NCBI RefSeq assembly: GCF_006345805.1
Contig: NC_042999.1
Location: 126,232,001-126,296,000 of the forward strand
DNA length: 64,000 nucleotides
From: Octopus sinensis
Lineage: Eukaryota
Direction of reading: 5' to 3'
In this document: positions 54,086 to 64,000 of the stretch, piece by piece
How the letters are laid out: each line of letters opens with the position of its first letter
How positions within the stretch are numbered: position 1 is the stretch's first letter
Position numbers and translations under genes: made by a program
The notes under the pieces: model-generated
Databases searched by the model: none
Seen by the model: the letters and a program-made list of their open reading frames with translations, nothing else
Told to the model about the DNA's origin: nothing

Positions 54086-55689
54086 CAAAAAGAAAAAAGC
54101 AAGGGCGGAAGAAAAGACAAATGAGAACACTTAGAATTCATGAATGAAGGAATAACTGATGGAACGAGTGACGAACGAATACGTGGGTGAATGAACGCGT
54201 GAATGAATGAATGGATGAATGAATGAATGAATGCCTGTTGCTCCTTACAAACGTAGACGAACACTTGGAAGAAATGAATGCAGTCACGTACGAAAATTAG
54301 TAAAACAATATACAAAGTAAAGTCATGTGACATATGAATCAACACGATAAAGTTCGCCATCTTAGTTACTGGTAACAGTTTTCTTAATGAGACAATACAA
54401 CTGTTAATTGCAGTCGTCTGGTACCAGTGATTAACGTGTGCATATGTGAATGTGTATATATGTGTATTTATTCAATTATTTATTTATTACCGATTCATGA
54501 GCAAACAAGCTAATTTTTTTGTTTTTAGGAAGTTAGGAAAGACGCATTCAATTTCCAATAACCGGGTCCCTGTCAATGCGTTGCTGTATCCGCCTTCCTC
54601 TCTGTTGAATCATAGAGTTTCTTCTACAGAGTCTGCCAAACGCGTGAGATTTCTGAATGACTCGCCTAAACAAAAGTTAGCTTGCCTTTTTTCCTGTCTT
54701 TTTTTTAATATGTATTTTTTTATAGCAAGTTTCATGCGGCCCGTTTTTCGAAAAGGGTGGACCATACCTTGGTTAGAAGAGGGGACTTTACCTATAACCT
54801 TGTAGGTCCTCCGAGACCGGTAATCTTGGCGCTGTTAATGTTCCATTTTAAATTGTTGCAGGTCGCCATGTGCATGTACAATATACAGGAAGAAGATTCG
54901 AGATGGCCAATGTTCTTGGAAGAAGAATGAAGGATAATGCTAATTGCGAAGACGGTGTGCCTGTGTCTATGTGGGTTTGCATGCGTTTTTGGTTTTTTTT
55001 TTTGCGCATGCTAGGGAGTTTGTGTATGTATATCTGTGCGCATGTGTGCAAAGGGCCTATACGAGATGGAGCGGTCAGCTGCTACATCGTTCGGGAGAGA
55101 AAGAATCAAAAAGGGGACCCATAAATATCTGACGGGTTATTCCCTTTCTGCCACCACTCCCCTTGAATTTTGTGAGGAATGCTTCATCTCATTCTACTCC
55201 GAGGCTCCTCGAAAGCAGTATTGTTTCACCTCCCTAACTTTCTCTCGTCTAGAGTGCACGTAGGTACATGTTTGTGTGTGTGTGCGCGCGTGTGTGTGTG
55301 TGCGCGCGCGCGCGCATGTGCGTGTGTGTGTATGTAGTCGTATGTAAATACGTGCATTTAATGGCACAAGTATGAGAAGGGCAGTGTTTATAGTTGAAAA
55401 TTTCGCTGCGTGCGTAAGAGATAGAAAGGGAGAAGTGGAAGAGAATGTGTGCATGTGTGTGTATATATACATATAAGTGTGTGCGTGTGTGTCTGTGTGT
55501 GTATGTGCATGTGCATGTGTGTATATGGAGTGTAAGTGTGTGCTCGGATGCGTGTGTGTCTATTCATGTGTATTGTATGCTAGCGAATTGGCTGAAGATT
55601 GCCTGCAGATGTCGTTCACATCTGTAACTTTTCTATGCGTGTATGTATTTGCACAGGCACTGATTGAGTTTAAGTGAGGAAAGGCTGTG

Positions 55690-56130
55690 CACTGAGTCAA
55701 TCCCACTCACTAAGCAACAGCAGCCATAATCCGAAAAGAAGAACAAGTCAACATCATCGGTAACCACTGAGCCGCAGGTTTTATGTCTGAGTTATCCCAG
55801 TTACCTGAGTTACCTTCTCATAGAAGGATGCCCTAACAAAGGCTAGGAGGCCTTCACTCCCAATGGTTTAACCGCGCGATCGGGTATTCAGTCCGATTAT
55901 TTCTATGTCCCCGCACATGATACAGACCTAAGACATTTATTGGATGGCCGTTGACTCTCAAAAGTTCCTCCGCCCTTTGACGGATTTTGTTTTTCATCCC
56001 GCAGGGTGACCGATAAACACCCTCCTCACCCTCCTCACCAAGCAAGCATGGTGGGGTTGACGGTTTAGTCACCGACGACCCGACCATGCAACAGGTTGTA
56101 CTGGGTTACATGTTACCAGTAGCACTCGAA
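55690..56130 (-). mobile_element. Probable RTE-type LINE 5'-UTR or non-autonomous derivative
   Basis: GC-rich, hairpin-rich segment with GGGCATCC.TCTA.GAGAAGG.AACTC...TAAAACC, a motif I recall from RTE 5' UTRs; contains short internal duplications (ccctcctca x2). Confidence 0.45.
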
Positions 56131-56908
56131 AGTGACCTGACATACATACATACATACATACATACATACATACATACATACATACATACATACATACATA
56201 CATACATGCATACATACATGCATGCATGCATACATACATTAGATATGCACATATATGCCTACGTGTAAAAGATACACGGCCGAAAGTTAAGAAATTCAAT
56301 TAGCAACCACAAAGTACTGCGTTTGGTCTCACTGTATGATATTTTGACCAAACGGCGTTTTCTGTATCTTCAAGTCGTCCTATATTATGTAGGCGGAAAC
56401 CGTATAGAAGTCCGTCGAATGGATTGTACTTGGAATCCAAAAGCTACACCCTTGTTTCATACTCAGTGTCACTTTGATTTTCTTTGAGAATGACGTCAAG
56501 ATAACAAGTGCCTGTAGAATATACAACCACTTATACGATAATCCAGGAGCAAGATTCAGTCGATCAAAATACTAAAATCTCATCACTAATCAACCCAAAA
56601 TTTACACGCTATTATTTATAGCATTATCTGCTTCAAAATTCACCATTCCGAAAAGTGAAATATTTTACGTTCTTATAGTGTCCAGATTCTCATTAGATAA
56701 TAATTAAGAAACTTTTATCAGTTACCTCCTGAATCTGTGTATCTATTTCGAAGACCAGCATAGTTTCGCGTAAGCGTACATTTTCATCCAACACTAATAC
56801 CAGTATTTTTAAGCGAACTGTTTGAAGAATTGTAGATATCCTTCCAACATGAAACCATTCGTACTTTTGTGAATCCACGAAAATGCGTGTGTTTACGTAT
56901 ATAAATAA

Positions 56909-56955
<47 letters not shown>

Positions 56956-56956
56956 G

Positions 56957-57027
<71 letters not shown>

Positions 57028-57319
57028 CACTTTAATTGAAATACAATTTCCCGAAAATTAAACATATCTAATATGATAAATGTGAATGTCAGAATGTCAG
57101 TGTGTCAAAGAATTAAAAGATCCAGGCAGATATATATAAAGCATTCAGTGTTAAACAAATTTGGTTAACTATATCCAACAATCAGATATCAATAAATGCA
57201 AGTAGAATAAACATCCAAGTTAATTATTCATGTATGACAAGTGAATCCAAATATCGTTTAGAAGAATTTCAATAAATTTGGTTTTAATAGGCAGCAAAAA
57301 ATAGGCATGAAAAAAATTA

Positions 57320-58223
57320 CACAAATACAAATAATAGGACATAACAACGAGTGTCTTTCGACTAAGGACGAATTAAATTAAGCTGGCGTGTGTGGGAGTA
57401 AAGCCTTACGGCTGGGACATAAGATTTGACAGGCACAGGGAGGAATATAGATGTTGCACGGATGGTGGTCGAACCAAGGAAGAAAGCTCAGGCTTGGCCG
57501 AACACCGGTCATGTGGAGAGAGAAGAGAGAGAGAGGTAGAGGCAGAAGGATAGAAGAATTAAGGATGGGTGAGAAAAAATGAAAGCGACAGAGTGAAGTG
57601 AAAGAGGGAAGGTGAACATGAGGAGAAGGCCAGGAAATGTGAGAGAGGGGGAACGAAAGAACAAAGAGTGGAATGAACGAAGTGTGAAGGGACTGATAGA
57701 AAGAAGGAAAGAATGAAAGAATAGAAAGAATAATAGAGTCGTTCGAAATTTAGATATATATATACTTACATATGAAACCAAAGAGTACGTACGCTGCTAT
57801 ATTTATATATATAAAAAATACAAAAATGGGACAAGAACACAAAACATCCAGACAGTTAGGTGATACAAAAAAAGGACAACAAAACATCCAGACAGACGAT
57901 ACAAAGAAAACAAGGACGAGTTATTCGGAGTTTTTTTCCTCAGTCGAGTTCCAGATTATCTTTGCATTTTCGGCTGGTTATACTCGAAATTGCTCCAATT
58001 TGGCCAGCCCCAAGAAAAAACTAAGCTAAGGGCACTAGATTCCTTGGAAGAAAGCAACGAATGTATACGAAAACATGGACGAAAAAAAACGGAGAAATGG
58101 TACACAAATACAAATAACAGGACATAGCGACGGGTGTCTTTCAAATATGGACGAATTAAATTAGCTGGCGCGTATGGAAGTAAAGCCTTACGGCAGAGAC
58201 GTAAGTTTTGACAGGCACAGGGA

Positions 58224-58230
<7 letters not shown>
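57320..58230. repeat. Partially tandem repeat block (diverged ~125-bp direct repeat at 57320-57443 and 58102-58225); possible Penelope terminal repeats
   Basis: acacaaatacaaataa.aggacata...gacgaattaaatt...gtaaagccttacggc...tttgacaggcacagggagg occurs twice; shares 57770-57987 with 7290-7505. Confidence 0.7.
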
Positions 58231-58276
<46 letters not shown>

Positions 58277-58400
58277 ATGGGATCCATTTAATTTCCGTCT
58301 ACGAATTCCACTCACAAGGCTTTGGTCAACTGAACCCGGAACCATGTTTTTGGGATGCAAGCTTCTTATCACACACCCACGCCTTCTATGTATATATATA

Positions 58401-58481
<81 letters not shown>

Positions 58482-58483
58482 TG

Positions 58484-58533
<50 letters not shown>

Positions 58534-58564
58534 TGTATATAAACACATATATATGTATACATAT

Positions 58565-58610
<46 letters not shown>

Positions 58611-59356
58611 TATATTTTTCATATAAAATTAGTGTACATTTAAGCAGAAAAGAGGTGACCCTAACAGGACACCTTACATGCTAGAAAAACAGTCAAAGTC
58701 CAAGTTAAGAACAATTTCGAAGGGAATGAAAAATAAAAACATTTACAATAGTTACCACCCGTGCCTAGGTTTCGAACATTAATGAACAAATAGAATAATT
58801 TGTTAGGCGAGTTCTCATCAGCGGGGGCACCAAAAATTAACATATAATAATGAGACAAATAGCACATGTCCCATCTATTTTATACATGCTAGCCACTGGT
58901 AGAAAAATTTCTATAATTTTTCCTACCCTGTATATTTTCATACATATATATCTTTATATAAGAAAGAAAAGAAATGTAAGAGTCACAGAAAGTTTGCATA
59001 TTAAAATTTATGGTGATATTAGGATCATATTACATCATTACAACATTACAAATTATATAAGTACCGGTTTCACGATCAAACGATTTTCAACTTATATACA
59101 GAAAACTTTTTTGCTGTCAATAGGACGCCATCTTTGAAAAAAAATGAACAGAGATGAAGCAATATGTCAAGGGGAGCAACTCTTATTTGTTCATGAAGCT
59201 CTTCAGTGTTTTTGGCAAGCATACAGTTAGAGGTGACATTTCATTTTATACAGTTATATTAGCGTACTAGGTTTTAAAGATTAAGCAGTAATGTGTGAAT
59301 GAGTGTATATACATATATTTTATGCTCTAACATCTCATTGTCTCTCTTGCAAAATA

Positions 59357-59416
<60 letters not shown>

Positions 59417-59455
59417 TATATATATATATATATATAATGTATATATTATATATAT

Positions 59456-59489
<34 letters not shown>

Positions 59490-59609
59490 AGTATTAACAG
59501 TAATGTATACTTAAAAATTGTGGTTGGCATACATATATAACTTTTTTATATATGTTGAAATTCCATAATTTAATAAAATAAATCAGTCCAATAGAAAGTG
59601 AACGATAAA

Positions 59610-60510
59610 GGATTTGCCAAGATATGAATACTTTCTCCATAAGAGTCATGTCGGACCTCTCATGACTCAGGTTTGAATATGAATGGGTGTCCAGGAGTCA
59701 AGTTATTAAGTGACAATTAGTAATGCAATTAAAATGAATTGGTGTTTAGTTCAGATTTGTATTTTTTGATGAAATATGTCTCTTTATTGAGTTGGGCTTG
59801 TGTAGAAGTCCAGTCAGCAAATTTATATAGAGGGAAAGTAGTGAATTTAGGTTGTATTTGTTTCGTACATACGTCGATATGTTCACTAAGATAAATTTGA
59901 CGGTATTTTGGCGAATCTATCTGTTAATAATGCAGCGTACAACGTTAACGGTTAGAATTCCTCGCGCTACCGATATAGTCTTTCTGGCAGCCCGAGCATC
60001 TGATTACGTAGATCAGATTTTCGGATGTACAAGTGAAATTTGATTTAATTGTGAAGTGTTGCAGTTGTTTAAAATAGTATTCTGACCCTCCCAAAAGGTT
60101 GGGGCATGTACCACAGTTGGGACGATTACATTTATTTACTTTGGGGTTTGTTGTAGAGGGGAATATTTTTGCATTAGCTAGCAGTTTCTCTATTGACTTA
60201 GGTTGTTTGATGCTTTTGACAATTTTACTGTCACGTAAAATTCTTTTTAGTTTTGGGTCCTAGTGTAGTATTGGTAGGTTTTGTATGACTGTGCTGAATG
60301 CTTCTTTGTTTCTGGGGTTGTATGTGGAAATGTAGGGTAGTGTTTTAAGGAGAGGTTTGTTAATATCTTTGGCTTTTCTTAATATCTCGGTGTTGATAGA
60401 TTTGGCACGTTTTATTCCTTCATTAATGAGTTGGATTGGGTAGTGTCTATCCAGGAGGACGTTTTTCAGTACTTGTAGTCTTAAATTTCTAGTTTTTTTT
60501 TCTGAGACAA
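59610..60510 (-). pseudogene. Penelope-like element ORF 3' part: linker, Cys cluster, GIY-YIG endonuclease
   Basis: Minus strand: KTLPYISTYNPRN...KQPKSIEKLL...KCNRPNCGTCP...FTIKSNFTCTSENLIYVIRCSGCQKDYIG...LNKETYFIKKYKSELN; stops and frameshifts present. Confidence 0.88.
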
Positions 60511-60995
60511 TAGTGCAGATTCTTCTTGCAAAGTTGAAGGGGATGTTTATATATATATATAATATCTGCTGTATATTGGGACATGCAAAGAATCCTCGAA
60601 CTATTAGTCATTATGAAGTATTGATTTATCAAATTCCTAAAATTACACCTTTGCATAAGAAATATATTGAGTTCTCCTTAGTCGTACGTAGCGCTCTAAA
60701 CTTACATTTATATGTGTGAGCGTAACGTGTGTGAGTGTGTATGCGTGTGTGTGTGTGGGGGGGGGTACATGCGTATGGGTGTGCGTGCGCGCGTGTGTAT
60801 GTGTGTGTGTGTATCTGCTTGATTAAATCAATCCGTAATCGTATAAGCATTTATGTTTTCAGGAATGCATGCATATTCACGCACACCATCACTCCTTCAC
60901 GTTTGCTCTGTGTATATGTGTGTGCACATTTTTGTATATATACATACATGCATGCATACTTACATACATACATATATGTGTGTATATATATACAT

Positions 60996-61026
<31 letters not shown>

Positions 61027-61252
61027 TTAATGTTGCGATCGTATGAAGTATGGGTGGAGGGAGAAACATATTAAAATTTAATTTCCTGTTACTCTTCCTA
61101 TGCAATCCCATAAAGCAGTAATTATTTCGTTAAGCAAGCCGTTACATGCATGGATATATATATATATATATATATGTATGTGTATATATGTGTATATATA
61201 TATGTATGTGTATATATGTGTATGTATATATATATTTCTTTACTACCCACTT

Positions 61253-61305
<53 letters not shown>

Positions 61306-61527
61306 TATATATGCATGCATATATACATGCCCATACATATATGTATAAATGTTGTGTATCTGATGTAACAATGACGTATTCCTGTATGCGTTCATTGCAT
61401 GCGGGAATGTGTTCTCTTTCCCCATTCAAGAGTGACCCTCATGTTTTTGAGTTTGTATGAAACCACATGCCTATAAACATACGCACACATGCACGCAGAT
61501 ACGTACACACAAACACACACACACACA

Positions 61528-61572
<45 letters not shown>

Positions 61573-61884
61573 ACATACATGTGTGTGTGTGTACCCGTAT
61601 CTACACATAGCCATATATACACATATACGTACGGATATATGCAGAAGTCTATGTAGCTGCTTGACAGCATTCAACTTATGCTAGTATATGTACACCTGCC
61701 TTCAAATCGTAAAACAAAACCACGGGCCAACCAAAGAGCTCCCATGAGGTCACGAAACCGGCTGGAAACTTCAGTAAAATCTAGTCATTGAACGTCTAGA
61801 AGAAAAGCTGGAACCTTCAATCATGATTTGCTTAGAGCTTAACAGAAACAACAGCTACAAGATTAATCATTTTTTTATAGGCAC

Positions 61885-62675
61885 AAGGGCAGAAATTTGA
61901 GTGGGAAGGGGCAAGTCGATTACATCATCTTATTTTATCGAACCCAAGAGGATGAAACGCAAAGTCGACCTCGGCAGAATTTGAACTCAAAACGCAAAGG
62001 CGAACAAAACATTTTGTCCGGTGTGCCAACGATTCTACCAGCTCGCCGCAACAAGAATATTCGTTTCAGATTTTGGCGCAAGGCAAGCAAGTTCTGGAGA
62101 GAGGCTAAATCAAGTACATGGACCCCAGTGTTCAACTGGCATTTATTTTATCTACCCCGAAAGGATTAAAGACAAAGTCGACCTCGGTAGAATTTGAACT
62201 AAGAACGTAAAGGCGGACGAAATGTCGCTAAGCATTTCGTCTAGTGTGCTAACGATTCTACCAGCTTACTGCAACAACAATAATGATTTCAAATTTTGCA
62301 CAAGGCCAGCAATTACATAACCCCCTCCCCCCTGTACTTAACTAGTACTTATTTTATCGACCTTGAAAGGATGAAAGGCAAAGTCGCCCACGGTGGAATT
62401 TGAACTCGGAGCATAAAAACGGACGAAATGCCGCTAAGCATTTTCGCCCGGCATGCTAACGATTGTGCCACCTCACCGCCTCTATTATAGGCAAAAGGCC
62501 TGAGATTTTGCGGGAGTGAACTAGTCGATTACATCGATCCCAGTGCTTGACTGGTACTTACTTTATCAACCCCGAAAGGATGAATGAGAAAGTCAACCTC
62601 GACGGAATTTGAACACGAAATACCGCTAAACATTTCGCCCGGCATGCTACCGATTCTGCCAGCTTGCCACCTTAA
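61885..62675 (-). mobile_element. Stack of about four SINE family A copies
   Basis: aaagtcgacctcggc.gaatttgaact-type cores at ~61962, 62174, 62382, 62590. Confidence 0.85.
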
Positions 62676-63054
62676 TGCAACATGAATAACAACCATTTAC
62701 TCATCATTACACCGAGTCCTTATATTATACAGTTTTCCACTTTTACTGCACATTGTTTCTCTTAAAATATTAATTTCACCTGAAGTCATCCGTTTAAGCC
62801 GCTACACATTGTGTTTTTGCCGTACTATGATTTGACTTCCGAATCCGTCCACTCTAAACAAATTTCAATCAGAACGGTAACTACAGTGACTTCACTGACA
62901 TTTTTTTTACTTACATATCTGAATATATTTGTATGTATGTATGTATGTATGTATGTATGTTGTATGTATGTATGTATGTATGTATGTATGTATGTATGTA
63001 TGTTTGTATGTATGTATGTGTGTGTGTGTGAGTATGTGTGTGTGTATATATATA

Positions 63055-63145
63055 TACGTGGTGTGATCAATAAGTATCCGGACTGTTGGTATAGTAACGA
63101 AGTTAAAGCACAGAGAGTAAAGCCGCTTGGCACAGATTACATACA
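63055..63145 (+). mobile_element. Mariner-like terminal fragment
   Basis: TA-cgtggtgtgatcaataagtatccggactg resembles mariner TIRs; no partner end seen. Confidence 0.4.
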
Positions 63146-63299
63146 TATGTAATCATCAGATTTACAATTCTACCAACACATCTTCAGATTTTTTTTTCAA
63201 AATATTGTTAACCTAATTTTACATCACCTTAAAGTTAAGCGTTGAATTATTCATTAAAAATTAAAAATTAAAAAGGTACGAGTCCCGCTTATCAGACGG

Positions 63300-64000
63300 T
63301 CCATTTGCTGTTAGCGTCTGCTACGTGGTGGACTGGACATGACGTGGCTAGTGATGCACGAATATGCGCTGCGTCTAAGACATTTCCAGATTTTTCTCGA
63401 CGCTGAGCAGATGTGGTCGCTGTTTGTTAGACGCGCTTTTCTGAAACCCGTCCATTTGACAGAGCTGCAACCTTGGATCAAGCGTACACAGAGGCAGAGC
63501 GCCTGGCATTTTGAGTGTCGTCAGGTGCTCACAGCCCTCTGCGAGTCGAGCAATGCAGTTAGTTTCACCATAGCATTCTATAGAATATTATGGTGGGTAA
63601 AGCGACCAGGTCTTTGGGAAAAATCTAAATGTCGCTGAAAATCAACTGGCTGGTCTTTTCCGGAGGAATTTTGCTCCGGAGCACCGAGATAATTTCCAAA
63701 AATCACTAATAAGGCAGAACTACCGAGGACTATTGACGATTCGGAATCAAGTATACAGGTATAGTAATGCTATTAGTCGAATCACTTGGAGATGCGCCAG
63801 AGCAAGGAAACTATCCTGCAGTCGCTCGTAAGGTACTAGAGTATTGCTGACTTTTATGTCGAACTGCTGCTTTCACGTGTAAAATAGATCCATTTATCGA
63901 TCAATACCATAGTGAAGATCGTCTCGCCACCTTCATGTAGTCGGGAAGGGCTAGCAATTTCCCTCTTTCTAGTGATTATGGCGAAAGATACTTGCCTCTT
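63300..64000 (+). pseudogene. Decayed Ty3/Gypsy pol relic (RNase H to integrase junction), running off the window
   Basis: RHFQIFLD..MWSLF..R...WIKRTQ (cf. RHFQIRTDH.AL.WL..WIERLQ); YPAVARKVLEYC*LLCRT (cf. YWP.M..DV..YC..C..C); FPLSSDYGERYL (cf. GPFP.S..GNRYLL). Confidence 0.5.

Noticed and set aside
54726-54954. Two adjacent plus-strand exon candidates (KFHAARFSKRVDHTLVRRGDF..., RHVHVQYTGRRFEMANVLGRR...)
   Set aside because: They would need a 42-nt intron, and neither peptide is recognisable.
57465-57512. Hammerhead-like relic (GAAGA-AAGC TCAG GCTT...GAACACCGGTC)
   Set aside because: Core CUGA is absent and GAAA is interrupted; at best a dead relic.
61741-61762. CCCATGAGGTCACGAAACCGG, resembling CTGATGAG...CGAAACCGG hammerhead cores
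   Set aside because: No helix II and a mutated CUGA; cannot be supported.

Overview
AT-rich eukaryotic DNA dominated by microsatellites and transposon debris. The repeat content suggests a cephalopod (Octopus-like) intronic or intergenic region; this is inferred from the tRNA-derived SINE families and the very dense (AT)n/(CA)n/(ATT)n/(CTAT)n tracts. No host protein-coding gene is supportable, and almost all listed ORFs are translated microsatellites. The only convincing coding sequences are mobile elements. These are a ~3 kb R4/Dong-type non-LTR retrotransposon (RT, CCHC knuckle, restriction-like endonuclease) inside (TAA)n, a second Dong 3' fragment, a decayed mariner, and fragments of mariner, maT/DD37D, CR1-like, Penelope and Gypsy elements. 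Also present are two non-autonomous Helitrons, hAT MITEs and about 30 SINE copies. The points most worth following up are: (1) the Dong copy is broken mainly by 1-bp homopolymer deletions and may really be close to intact; (2) a non-coding (TAA)n-flanked ~0.5 kb element sits next to both Dong copies; (3) a minimal hammerhead-like motif has a non-canonical core; (4) two long near-perfect foldback palindromes; (5) two microsatellite-bounded tandem duplications that may be assembly artefacts. I found no evidence for a novel gene system. All family assignments are from motif recognition, not database searches.
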